This document shows, one piece after another, positions 25,526 through 38,959 of a DNA stretch of 64,000 nucleotides. Source of the stretch: Octopus vulgaris (lineage: Eukaryota); assembly GCA_951406725.2 (NCBI GenBank), contig OX597817.1, forward strand, positions 171,616,001-171,680,000, in the 5' to 3' direction. Numbering within the stretch: the stretch's first letter is position 1; each line of letters starts with the position of its first letter. Made by a program: the position numbers and the translations under genes. The notes under the pieces are model-generated. The model saw only the letters and a program-made list of their open reading frames with translations. It did no database searches and had not been told where the DNA came from.

Positions 25526-25727
25526 CTGGATAATGTATGTTAATATGTAAGTTCTCAAAAATACATTGTATCTTTCAGGTGGTTGTCTTGTGTGAATTGT
25601 GTTTACAAATGAAAGGGCTCCTGGTAGCAATAGAGAATAGTTTCTATCAGATGTTGGGCATCATGGCTTTTATTTGTTTGAAACACTACAACCTTTTAAT
25701 GGCTTATGGTATTTTGTAGTGCCTAGG

Positions 25728-25767
<40 letters not shown>

Positions 25768-26527
25768 CCTTCATCATTATCATGATTATTTTACCATGCT
25801 AGTATGGGTTAGAGAGGTCTGACATCTTGCCAATTTCCATGGAGCTTTGCTTCTCCTGGCACTACAGCAGAAAAAAAAAAAATACCAGCCAACTCTTCTG
25901 CAGTGTATGCCGGTATTTTGGCATGGTTTCCATAGCTAGATACGCCTCCTATTATTTATTCATCAACCACTTAACAGTTCAGATTGGTTGCATTTTATTA
26001 TGCCACCAGCACCATTAAGGTTGTCCAGGACAAGACTAAAAAGTCCTCTTCACCTTACATTGCCTCTGTTTGTTCTTTGCCTTTTGACATAGATCTTACA
26101 ACTAGATGCCTGTCTTAACACAAACTTCTTTTTGGCTTGGACTGGATATATTATATATATATATATATATACTATCTTCAACAAATAATTGTCTGATGGA
26201 TAGGAAACATTTTGACATAATCGTTTTGACCCTGCTTATTTAGTGTAACTGATTTGATGCTGGTGCATTTGTACTACTAATATTTCAGTACTGTGAAACT
26301 TTTGTTATCATTCTAGTTGGCAACTAATTTTTATTCACAACTACAAAACTTCCCAACAATTAAACTTCGTTCAACTTTCTGCTTCACTCTGTGTATATAA
26401 TCACTGGTGAAATATAAACGCAATGTGGAGAAGAAAAATATTCTCACAACGGACTTCTGTATATCTTTAACAAACAAGAACTAACTGAATACTATAAGGT
26501 TTGGTGCTGTAAGTAGAAAAGCAGAGA

Positions 26528-26531
<4 letters not shown>

Positions 26532-26581
<50 letters not shown>

Positions 26582-26780
26582 AGAGAAAGAGAGACAGAAA
26601 GGGGTAAACATTAAAATTTATTGCTTACAATGCCAAAATGTACTGTCGCCAAATTTAGTTGAATGTCAAGTCAGCCATGCCAAATCACTAGATTCCAAAC
26701 AGCCACACCCAATCGTCTCTCCAGTTATCTTACATAACACCATGAGTAGTTGTTATATTCAAAAACGCAGCCAATCAATG
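26532..26780 (+). promoter_or_regulatory. Promoter-like motif cluster
   Basis: (GA)n at 26532-26574, CCACACCC at 26703, CCAAT at 26709 and gcagCCAATca at 26771. Confidence 0.25.
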
Positions 26781-27313
26781 AAATATTCAGTAGATGCAAA
26801 TGTTTCATGAAGCCAAAGAGATTCTTGAATGCTAAGATATGGTGCTTTTTATAGAGCTAAGTAGATGAGATTTAAATCTACACCTGGACTGCGAGTTGGT
26901 CTATTAACAGAAAGATTTCTAGATATATAATATTTCTATATATATGTAATGAGTTATCCAAAATTCTGACTATCTCCTTTTTGTTAATGTGTGTGTGTGT
27001 GTGTTTGTGTGTATCTGTATATAGTTATGTTGTATTTCGTTAAGAATATGTTAGAGTACAGTATAGAGCTTGTCCACCTTTAGGATAACCCAGTAGAATA
27101 AGTAGTATTATTATATACTCCAAACCCTAAAATTGGGAAAAACTTGGAGAACTATGTCATGTTGAAATAAATGCAGCAAATAATAAACAAATGTCCAACT
27201 ATACTCCCTCTTCCTGACTCCAATTTTTCTTCAGTTATATCTGTGTATATATATATATATATATATATACAAATATACATATATATGGATATATATATAT
27301 GATTATCTCTATA

Positions 27314-27364
<51 letters not shown>

Positions 27365-27600
27365 TAAAGTTAATCCAAACAAGAAAGCACAAAAAAACAC
27401 AACAACGCGAGGACGTGGAACAAATATAGTATTATTGGACGCTCAGGAAAGAAGGAAAGAAGGAGGGTTTAAAGTTTCGAGCAGAGCTCTTCGTCGGAAA
27501 CATAAGAGAAGGAAAGATCCAGAGAAGGGAAGACAGAGGAAAAAAAATCGCCAACGGTACACACGAGGTCACATTTTGAAAGACCGGAAGGAAAAGGATG
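27365..27600 (-). mobile_element. Penelope-like terminal fragment with minimal type I hammerhead-like core
   Basis: Minus strand gttt-CCGACGA-a-gagc-tct-gctc-GAAAC-ttt-aaac (27501-27467). Confidence 0.6.
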
Positions 27601-27760
27601 AAGAAAGATGTTTTCAAAGACAGAAGAGTAGTATTATCAAAGACAGCAGAATGGTATAAGTGTGGATATGTGCATGCACGGAGGTCTGCGTGTGTGTGTG
27701 TGTGTGTACGTGCGTGCGAGTGAATGTATGTATACATGTGCGTGTGTGTACAAATGTAGA

Positions 27761-27851
<91 letters not shown>

Positions 27852-27862
27852 ATATTTACATA

Positions 27863-28220
27863 TATAGTCTGATCAATTAATATCCAGCCTGTTGCCATAG
27901 TAACAAAGCTAAAGCATGCAGAGTGAAGCTGCTGGGTACAGATTGTGCACTAAGTTTCATCCTTCTAGCTCACTTTCACTGTTTACAGTAGTGCTTGGAA
28001 GGAAGGTGTGTAGCGCGTGATCATCGCATTGACCACAACAGAGAAAGTTGAGCAGCGAAACTGCATCAATTTTTACCAAAAGCTTGGCAATACCTGCTCA
28101 GAGGCCTACGAAAAGTTTTCAAAGAGTTTTCATTGTTTTCGATACAATCATAGAGATCTTGTGCAGCTGAAACCTGAGTGTCTTTTTGGTCAACCCAAAG
28201 CAGTTTTGGCACAAACTTAG
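27863..28220 (+). mobile_element. Mariner transposon 5' remnant
   Basis: TA + TIR-like tagtctgatcaattaatatcc; ORF EKVEQRNCINFYQKLGNTCSEAYEKF resembles the mariner N-terminal HTH (EQRxxIKFCxKLGxxxxETxxxL). Confidence 0.75.
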
Positions 28221-28362
28221 TAGACACACGTCTCATACCGGTCAGGCAGCACTGGCATTGACCATGCTCAAATGGTGGTTTTTACATACCACCGGCATGG
28301 GAGTCAGTCAGGCGATACTGGCATCGGTCATACTCAAATGGTGCTTTTCACGTGCCACTGAC

Positions 28363-28432
<70 letters not shown>

Positions 28433-28767
28433 ATTGCAGCATGAGAGACACATATTTGCCATTCAAAAGCACCACAAAGATTTCTTAATTTCACTTTAAC
28501 TTTTATTATTTGTTATTTGGTGTCAAAATTTCCATCACATGAACTGCGACCTGGTCACTGACGGTGTTTGTGTGTTTCTGTATGGCTAAAATGTGTTTTC
28601 CACACTGTAATCATCTTAGTTTCAGCACAGGGCCCAAGATCAAATCATTTGCCTGGCAAGAACACACTTCAATAAAAAAAAAAAAAATATATATATACAT
28701 ATATGGCGGTGCCCCAGCATGGCCACAGCTCATGAGCTGAAACTAGAATCAATCAATCATATATACC

Positions 28768-29175
28768 ACACAGGCGTGGCTGTGTGGTAAGTAGCTTGTT
28801 TACCAACCACATGGTTCCGGGTTCAGTCCCACTGCGTGGCACCTTGGGCAAGTGTCTTCTACTAGAGCCTCGGGCCGACCAAAGCCTTGTGAGTGGATTT
28901 GGTAGACGGAAACTGAAAGAAGCCTGTCGTATATATGTATATATATGTACGTGTGTCTGTTTGTGTGTCTGTGTTTGTCCCCCTAGCATTGCTTGACAGC
29001 TGATGCTGGTGTGTTTATGTCCCCGTTACTTAGTGGTTCGGCAAAAGAGACCGATAGAATAAGTACTGGGCTTACAAAAGAATAAGTCCCAGGGTCGAGT
29101 TGCTCGATTAAAGGCGGTGCTCCAGCATGGCCGCAGTCAAATGACTGAAACAAGTAAAAGAGTAAAGAGTAAAAG
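28768..29175 (+). mobile_element. tRNA-derived SINE family A, full length
   Basis: Family A consensus. Confidence 0.9.
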
Positions 29176-29539
29176 ATTATACATCAATAACCAGTGAATA
29201 TGTGTAGTGTATACCAATAGAATAAACTAGATGGATAGAGCAACCAATATTGCTGGATTTCTGTTACAGCTGTTACCTGGTGTTGTTAGGTCTTTAGACA
29301 TTGACACAGTTTAATCATCTTCTGGGACAATAAGAGCATAAATCAACAGATGTTACCTAAATTGTATAGTGATTAAAACATCAGACAAAAGGCTAAATAT
29401 AGCACAAACACAAAATGAGAGAGAAAAAAGGAAAAACAAGGAATGGATAGAAAAAAATTTGAATAATTACAGTTACAAACTAATTTTCTTTTTATGTATA
29501 AGCAACAAGCAATCTATTGCCAGGACCATATCTGAGTGA

Positions 29540-29880
29540 AGGCACATGGATCTGTGGTTAGGGTGCCAGGCTCACAATCAAGAGTTAGTGAGTTCAGTTC
29601 TGAGACCGGGTTACGTATTGTGTTCTTGAGCAAGACACTTTATTTCACATAGTTCCAGTTCACTCAGCTGTAGAAATGAGTTGCAGTATCACTGGTGCCA
29701 AGGTGTATTGGCTTTTGCTTTCCCTTGAATAACATTGTTGGTGTGGAGAGAGGGTGGGGAGGGGGGGGGCTTGTATGCATGGGTGACTTCCGTAAACAAC
29801 TTTGCTTGGACTTGTGCCTCAGAGGGTAACTTTTTAGGTGCAATCCCATGGTCATTCATGACTGAAGGTGGTCTTTACTC
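29540..29880 (+). mobile_element. CORE-like SINE (head C) with a distinct tail
   Basis: tgtgttcttgagcaagacactttatttcac...ccagttcactcagctgtagaaatgag. Confidence 0.75.
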
Positions 29881-30025
29881 TAATCAACTGCCAAGCAAAT
29901 GGGAAGCAGTAATTGAAGAAGATGGTGGATATGCTCCGGAGGAATCATTTAAAGATGTTTTTGTTACATGTTTCTGTTGAATAAAATTTGTTGAAAAAAA
30001 GCCGCAATAATTATGGACCCACCCA

Positions 30026-30028
<3 letters not shown>
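29881..30028 (+). mobile_element. Mariner 3' end with TIR
   Basis: NQLPSKWEAVIEEDGGY matches the mariner C-terminus LPxRWxxVIxxxGxY; terminal gccgcaataattatggacccacccaaTA resembles the Hsmar1/MADE1-type TIR. Confidence 0.7.
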
Positions 30029-30061
<33 letters not shown>

Positions 30062-30126
30062 ACTCACACACACACACATATATATATACACACTTACACA
30101 CACACACACACACACACAAACACACA

Positions 30127-30183
<57 letters not shown>

Positions 30184-30354
30184 GGAATATAAATAAGTGT
30201 TAGCATGAAATAGTAGTGGGAAAATAGATGAACCTTAGGTTTGCTCAAATATGCTTGTGGTATATTTTTACTACTAATCTGCAGTGAATTTGCCCTTATT
30301 TCGCTAACATGTTTGAACTAACCTAAAGTTTGTTTTTATATATATATCACGTGT

Positions 30355-30750
30355 TATCATCATCATCATCATCATCATCATACGTTTAACGTCCGCTTTC
30401 CATGCTAGCATGGGTTGGACGGTTCAACTGGGGTCTGGGAAGCCCGAAGGCTGCACCAGGCCAGTCAGATGTGGCAGTGTTTCTACAGCTGGATGCCCTT
30501 CCTAACGCCAACCACTCCGAGAGTGTAGTGGGTGATTTTATGTGCCACCGACACAGGTGCCAGACGAGGCTGGCAGACGGTCACGCTCGGATGGTGTTTT
30601 CTTATGTGCCACCTACACAGGTGCCAGACGAGGCTGGCAGACGGCCACGCTCGGATGGTGTTTTTATGTGCCACCGACACAGGTGCCAGACGAGGCTGGC
30701 AGACGGCCACGCTCGGATGGTGTTTTTTATGTGCCACCGACACAGAACAT
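30355..30750 (-). mobile_element. SINE-like family D with 3+ near-identical 62-64-bp internal repeats
   Basis: Units start at 30541, 30605, 30667 and 30730. Confidence 0.9.
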
Positions 30751-31485
30751 GACTGACCAGACCATCAGATGTTGCTACACATCGCTGGTCACAATGCGTT
30801 TGCATTGTTTTAGCCCTAGCACGAATGACGCCACCCAGCGCTGGCTAACCTGCGGCTGAGCAGGCCAACAGAAGAAAGAGTGAGAGAAAGAGTGGTGAAA
30901 CCGCGATCCTACGAGCAACGCGAGTCCGCTGCCCTAACCACTGGGCCATCATGCGCCTGTCCTAACCACTAAGCCACGCGCCCTCACATATATATATATA
31001 TACACACACACGTAAACACACACACGCACACATGTATACATGCATGCATATAAACAATTATATGATTCAGACTCACATAAACAAATGTGAAATAAGTAAG
31101 ACATGATCAAAATGATGAAAAGCAGAGGAGTGATAGTTCATGACACCCAAAGAATAAGAAATGGTAAGTCAGTATCGAAAAATGCCGGAAATCTAAAAGT
31201 GAAAACTGCTAGCATTGAAAATCCTAGAAGCTACTTGAAAATGGGGGAAAAAAAAAAAAGGTATATAAAATAAAAAGAAAATGCTGTATATTTTGTTGAA
31301 GTCGATTCCCAGTCACTTATAAACCAACCAATCACTGAGTAGAATTTGGTAGAAATTTTGAATTACTAGAACATATTTCAATAACTGCTGATTTGGGGTA
31401 ATTGATGATTCGTCTTGCAACACTTGAATTCTTAGTATACTCTTAAATGTCAAACTGTTTTGCCAAGATATTCTCTAATCTTAGA

Positions 31486-31560
<75 letters not shown>

Positions 31561-31561
<1 letters not shown>

Positions 31562-32092
31562 GGCAGTAGCTCTCATGGCTTCTGATCTTAACTGATTGGA
31601 AATGTTATCATGTACATGTTTTGTCTTAGTATAAAAGATGGACTACAGCAAATATTCTGCTCAATGCCACAGATTTGCTTGTCAGTTGTTTGACCTTAAC
31701 CAGTTGAGCATGTCCCTTAATGGCTGACAGTATGTGCAGCTCTGATCACGAGCAGAAGTAGTGGGGGAGCAGCATCATAGCTATGTGTTGAAAGGAATTC
31801 TTTGGGGTTTGGATAATTCACCTGTGGAAACAGGGGCGTTTCGTTCAACATTATTAAACAACCCTTATTCATTCAGGAACCTTTTGAGCAGGATGGGCTA
31901 CTCAACCCAAAGAGAATTCTAACTGGGCCCTACCTGCAAGGTCATGTGCTGTTTATCTTGATATGAGATCACCATGCCATGAATATATGGTTGTGATGTA
32001 TCCTTATCAGATTGGTAGTCATGATGGGTATATCAAGTTATGTATATTTGTACCCTAGTGTCATTTTGATGGCATGCACTACTCTCCTACAC
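31561..32092. mobile_element. Family F element in (AAT)n
   Basis: Homologous to 15133-15690; (AAT)n at 31486-31560 and from 32093. Confidence 0.75.
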
Positions 32093-32123
<31 letters not shown>

Positions 32124-33493
32124 GTAATAATAATAATGATAATGATAATATGCATGTGTATATGTGTGTACATTTGTATGCATATATAACTGTAAAATCA
32201 AGTCATTAGAGGTTACAGCTAAATGGAATTTCATAGATCCAATAAAGATAATCTTCTCAGGAACAGAGCCAAAATCTAAACTCCAGTACATAAAAGAGTG
32301 AGAGTGTTTCCTTGAATGCCGACAGGTGACAAATTAAATGTTTGCAGTAGAAGCTTGGTGATTTAATAAATGAATTCTGTATTGGTTATCAAATAGAATT
32401 CAATATATATTAAAAACAAAAGATTACATCAATAAAAAATAATCATAAGAAAAATAACTAAAAAACTGGAATACAAAATATGAAAAAAAAAATAATGAAC
32501 AGAACCCTTCCTTTCTTGATAATGATTAGCTTAATTGCTTTATAAAATCCTTTACTTAGCTGAAATGTTTGGAGACATTTGGCACAACATGAGGAAATTA
32601 AATGGAATTTTCATTCATATACCTATAAGTAATCCTCTCTGAAATTATCTACGTAAATAAATATAGATGTGTTTCAATGATTATAGTGAAAAACTAAATG
32701 AGAGTACTTCGTGATAAATATATTTGTAATTGCAGATACATAATGTACAAATTGTATTTTTGTAAAAATATATATATCATAATCATTTTAATATGCACTT
32801 TTCCATGCTTACATGGTTTGATGGTGCTTATTGGGCCAAAGTGTCTACAGCTGGAGGCTCTTCCTGTTGCCAATCCTCACCTGTTTCCAAATATGGTCAT
32901 TCATATTAACATACATATTCTGTGTATTTTTTATGTTTGCATTTATTCTTTCATTCCAGTAATTGTTTCAATCATTTGACTCGGGTTCGACCTCAGCGCT
33001 TTCAAGCAATTGTGTAAAAAATCATTTTTTGAAAGAAAAAACAACATATATATATATATATGTGTGTGTGTATACAATGGGCTTCTTTCAGTTTCCGTCT
33101 ACCGTATCTACTCACAAGGCTTTAGTCAGCTCAGGGCTATAGTAGAAGACATTTGACCAAGGTGCCATGCAGTGGGACTGAACCTGGAACCATTTGGTTG
33201 GGAAGCAAGCATCTTACCACACAGCCATACCTGCGCCTACAAAGTTATCTAAATCTACTTATTTCTAGGAGTGGCTTCAAACTTTCCATCCCAGTTCTTA
33301 TGTAACTTTGTACTTTTGGTGGTGATCTTTACTATGTATGTAAATGCTTACCCAGATAAGTTTGCACTTTGCTTTAGGAGCTCTGAGCAAGTTATGAAGT
33401 GATGTACAACCACTCAGCTTTGAGTGCACTACATCTTATAGCAGAAACAACTGTAAGTTAATGAAGTTGATTATGTAGTCCTGTTCCCTTGTC

Positions 33494-33546
<53 letters not shown>

Positions 33547-33709
33547 AACATATATATGCATATATACAGACACACACATATATATATATAGAGAGAGAGA
33601 TATAATTTAAATTATTATTTAAAAGTGTATCTTGAAGTGAAGAGCTATAAATAATGTCTTGTAGTAAACTGGTTTAAATAGACAAATATATACATGTATG
33701 ATAGATTGG

Positions 33710-33882
33710 TAGCCACAAAACACATTTTTTTTCTCTCCTTGTTCTTTTTTTCTATGTCCCTTTCTGTAGAAGAGTGTAGGCTTGAAACATAAAAGACTTT
33801 TTCTATTCCTGAGCGTTATACTAATACATCTGTTTGTTTTCTACACCACCTGTCTTCGTCTTTTGTTTTTTTCGTGAACTCT

Positions 33883-33885
<3 letters not shown>
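33710..33885 (+). mobile_element. Penelope-like terminal fragment with hammerhead-like core
   Basis: cttt-CTGTAGA-a-gagt-gtag-gctt-GAAA-c-ata-aaag (33760-33795), followed by (TA)n. Confidence 0.55.
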
Positions 33886-33944
<59 letters not shown>

Positions 33945-34504
33945 TGTATGTATATATAAAAGCTGTAATATTTGCATAAGATCAATATTGCGTTAAGAAT
34001 AGAATTAAGCCAATGGTATGTCATATCTGTAACTTAACTTTTCTCTCCTAATTAAATATTTTCCAATTACTTAATACTCCTAATTATCTGGTCAAAGTAT
34101 ACCCTGCATTTCTTTGTAAGAAAGTAACTTGGATTTATATAGTTCCGCTTACCCTATCCTTCATCAATCATTACTTTTACTCTTCTCCCTTTTTAACGAA
34201 TTCGGTTAGCTGTCGTTATAAGCCAATTAGCAAAATAAAAATATGTTATATTGCTCTTATCTATACCAAGATTTATACCAGGAATCAATGACAAATGTTC
34301 CCCGTAGCATATATTGATTCCTCCACGTCTTGATATCACTGAAGTACGTGAAAAAGAAACAATCATTATCATCATCATCATCATTATTATCGTCTTTCAA
34401 CATCTGTTTTCTATGTTGGCATGGGTTAGATGGGTTGACGGGATGCAACCAATCATGGCACTGTGTTGTCTTCTCTGACGTAGTTTCTGTGACTAGATTG
34501 TGAA

Positions 34505-35140
34505 CGTGTGGGGCTTAGTGTTTTGGGATATTCAGTTCACAATTGTAAGGTTGTGAGTTCAATTACTGGTGGGGTGTTATGTCCTGGGGCAGAATACTTT
34601 ATTTCATGTTGCTCCAGTCTGCTCAACTGGCAAAAGTGAGTAGTACCTGTATTTCAAAGGAGTCAGTCTTGTCACATTCTGTGTCACGTGGAGGCACACG
34701 GCCTAGTGGTTAGAGCAGCAAACTCGCAGTCGAGAGATCGCGGGTTCGAATCTCAGACCAAGTGATCTGTGTGTTTATGAGCGAAACACCTAAGCTCCAC
34801 GTGGCTCCGACGGAAGGTAATGCCGAACTTCTGCTGACTCTTTCGCCACAACTTTCTCTCACTCTTTCCTTGTGCATCTTGCAGCTCACCTGCGACGAAC
34901 CGGCGTCCCGTCCAGGTGTGGGACCTATACGCCAAGGAAACCAGGAAACTGGCCCTTATGAGCCAGGCATGGCTCGAGAAGGAACAAACAACAACAACAT
35001 TCTGTGTCTTGCTGAAGAAAACTATGTTAGGGGTACATATGCCTGTGGAGTGCTCAGCCACTTGTATATTAACGTCATGAGCAAGCTGTTCTGTTGATCA
35101 GATCATCTGGAACCCTTCTCATTGTAACTGATGGAGTGCC
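34505..35140 (+). mobile_element. Old head-C SINE containing a younger head-B SINE (34686-34996), itself interrupting a family D copy
   Basis: TSD acattctgtgtc at 34674-34685 and 34997-35008; family D sequence at 34365-34500 resumes at ~35145. Confidence 0.85.
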
Positions 35141-35380
35141 ATTCTTTGTGGCTGGAAGACTATCCTAATGCCAACTACTATACAGAGTGTACTGGGTGCT
35201 TACTTCATTGCATCAGTACTGGTGAGGTTACCAGGTAATTTGCATTACTAAGATCCCTTTCGACTCAGAGGGACTACAATAGAGGAGGAGGCAGCAGCTT
35301 TACACCAGGTGATAACGAGTTACAGTATGAGGGAAAGAGCCCAGAAAAAGATTCTAGCTGTTGAGGAGGTAACACAATGC

Positions 35381-35422
<42 letters not shown>

Positions 35423-36543
35423 TAAAGTTTATATCGTAGATGTTAACAACAAATTCATTTTAATTTCCAGTGTCATAAACAAACACTAAAATCCACTGTC
35501 AAATGGGAAATATTTCATTTGCTTTGTCTAATTCTAAAAGAAGACTACATATGCATGTATGTATGTATGTATGTATGTATGTATGTATGTATGTATGTAT
35601 CTATGCATGCATGTATGCATGTATGTATGTATGTATGTATGTATGTATGTATGTATGTATGTATGTATGTATGTATGTATGTATGTATGTATGTATGTAT
35701 GTATGTATGTATGTGTATGTATGTATGTATGTATGCATGTGTCTGTCTGTCTGTCGGTATGTCTGTTCATCTGTCTATCTATCTATCTATTTATCTACCT
35801 ACCTACCTACCTACCTACCTACCTGTCTATGTGTCTGTCTGTCAATTTGTCTGTCTGTCTATCTATCTATGCACACACACACACATATATATATATATAC
35901 ATTCATATACATACGTAAATACATACATACATACATACATACATACATACATACATACATACACACACACACATATACACACGCATTTAATAACTATATT
36001 ATACCTATCTTAATTGCATGAAACCACCTAAGAGGGTTATTAAGTTCTCTGAATCAAATGTTTGTACATATTTCTTTAATCTATAACAGATAAATTTTTT
36101 TTAATTCTATTTTGCATATTGGTATAATTTTTCATTCTTTTTGTTGTTAAGTAACTTCTACCAAGCTTTTTTTCTTCACACATTATTTACTTTTTGTTTT
36201 CTTTTTATTTTTTTTTTCCACTTCACAATGAATAATGCCGACCAATATAATGTACCCTCTTATTTTTTTCTCTCATATCTGCTACAATAAATTATAAACA
36301 AATATAAACTGTCAAAACAAATAACAACAGATAAACCTTTTATCCTAAACTACACACACACACACACACATACACACATTACATACATATATATGTATGT
36401 ATAGACACATAAATACATACATACATATATATATATATACATATGTGTGTGTGTGTGTGTCGAGAGAGAGTGAGAGTAGATAAAAGCAAAGCATTCCCTT
36501 GAAATAAATCTCGACCAAATATTTATTATCATTATTATTATTA

Positions 36544-36595
<52 letters not shown>

Positions 36596-36956
36596 ATTCA
36601 CTGCCTCTGCTTCTTTCTATTTTTGCATGAAACCCCACAGCCGGAATAAAAATGAATTTCACAAGAACAAAACACTATGTGTGTGTCTGTTATTGTGTAT
36701 GCACACCCCACCACACACACACAGATATATATATATATATATATATATAGATAGATAGATAGATAGATAGAAAGATAGATAGATAGATAGATATAGAAAG
36801 ATAAATACATATAGATAAACTGATAGACAGACAGAAAAATAAATAGACAGATAGACAGACATACTTATACTATATATACATATACACGCATATATGTATG
36901 TATATATATGTATGTATGTATATGTATGCATGCATGTATATATATATCTGTACATA

Positions 36957-36989
<33 letters not shown>

Positions 36990-36990
36990 G

Positions 36991-37072
<82 letters not shown>

Positions 37073-37083
37073 GCATGTATATA

Positions 37084-37120
<37 letters not shown>

Positions 37121-37155
37121 TCATGTATATATATATGTGTGTGTGTATATATATG

Positions 37156-37234
<79 letters not shown>

Positions 37235-37685
37235 CATACATACATATAATGTACATATGTATGTATATACTTTATATACATTGCTATCCATTCTAGAAAT
37301 AGTATATATACATGTCTGGCTGTGTTTCTCTTCGTTTTGATCAGAACCACATTCCAGTCTGATACAATCCTTTCAACTGTGCTATTTGTATTGCTTCTTT
37401 TTGTTATTGTTTTTAAATATGTAAAAATATTGATTTTCAACAAGGTCTTTTTAATTTTTTTTTTTTTTTTTTACATTTTTTTCTATTTTTTTGTTCTTGT
37501 TTTGCTTTAGATAAAATACATTTATAAATGCATAGTAAGTAACAAACACTGTTAAGTAAAGCTAAATATATTTAATAACAACAGCAAAAAGCACAACTAT
37601 GTAATGCGTAGAATGAAATGATGTCTATGTTTTTTGATAACATTTTCCAATGCAAAAAAAAAAGAAAACAAAAACCAAAAAAAAG

Positions 37686-37733
<48 letters not shown>

Positions 37734-37759
37734 AAGATTTTAAAATATAAAATGAACCC

Positions 37760-38680
37760 AACATCACCAGTGCCATAACCATCACTACCACTACATCATC
37801 ACCACCACTACCATCATTGTAATCATCACCACCACCACCAACACCCCCCCCCCCCCCCCACTTCCACTGCACCACCATCACTACCACCACCACCACCAAC
37901 ACCATCACCACACTATCACTGTTGTTGTCACCACTGCCACCATCAACACCAACACCATCATCACCACCACCACCACCACCACCATCACCATCTACACTAC
38001 CACCATCACCATCACTGCCACCATCAACACCAACACCATCATCACCACCACCACCACCACCACCATCACCATCTACACTACCACCATCACCATCACTGCC
38101 ACCATCAACACCAACACCATCATCACCACCACCACCACCACCATCACCATCTACACTACCACCATCACCATCACTGCCACCATCAACACCAACACCATCA
38201 TCACCACCACCACCACCACCATCACCATCTACACTACCACCATCACCATCACTGCCACCATCAACACCAACACCATCATCACCACCACCACCACCACCAT
38301 CACCATCTACACTACCACCATCACCATCACTGCCACCATCAACACCAACACCATCATCACCACCACCACCACCACCATCACCATCTACACTACCACCATC
38401 ACTGCCACCATCAACACCAACACCATCATCACCACCATCACCAACAACACAACTACTACCATTACACCATCAACACCACCACCACCACCAATACCGTCGC
38501 CACCACCACCACCACACTATCACTGCTGTTGTCACCACTGCTGCCATCATCACCAACACCACCACAACCACCACCACCATCACTACCATTGCACCATCGT
38601 CACTACCACTGCATCATCACCATCTCCACTACCACCATCACCATCACAGCCATCATCAACACCAACACCACCACCATTGC
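37760..38680. repeat. (CAC/CAT)n low-complexity tract with a higher-order ~78-84-bp minisatellite (about 6 units, 37930-38440)
   Basis: Repeated ctgccaccatcaacaccaacaccatcatcacc(acc)n atcaccatctacacta; flanking direct repeat cacactatcactg-tgttgtcaccactgc at ~37908 and ~38513. Confidence 0.9.
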
Positions 38681-38844
38681 CAACTCAAAGAAATAAAAGC
38701 ATTATGTTAAAATAAATACAGCCAAAAGAAAAAAAAATTTGATGATTAAGCTTCTTTCAAATAAAGTAAAATTCAAGTAAAACTTTTTGTTGCAAATAAA
38801 TTTTAATAACAGGAGCTGTTTCCAATATCTTAACATAATAGAAG

Positions 38845-38889
<45 letters not shown>

Positions 38890-38959
38890 GGATTGGGGGC
38901 TGTTTTCTTTTTTCAATTTAATTATTATTTATTTTAACTTTGCAGGATGAAAATAGCAG

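Noticed and set aside
30541-30750. CRISPR-like regular repeats
   Set aside because: Contiguous tandem units without unique spacers, eukaryotic context, no cas genes
30810-30990. Apparently novel head-B SINE variant
   Set aside because: Differs from 20933-21237 mainly by scattered small insertions and a duplicated end, typical of uncorrected long-read error
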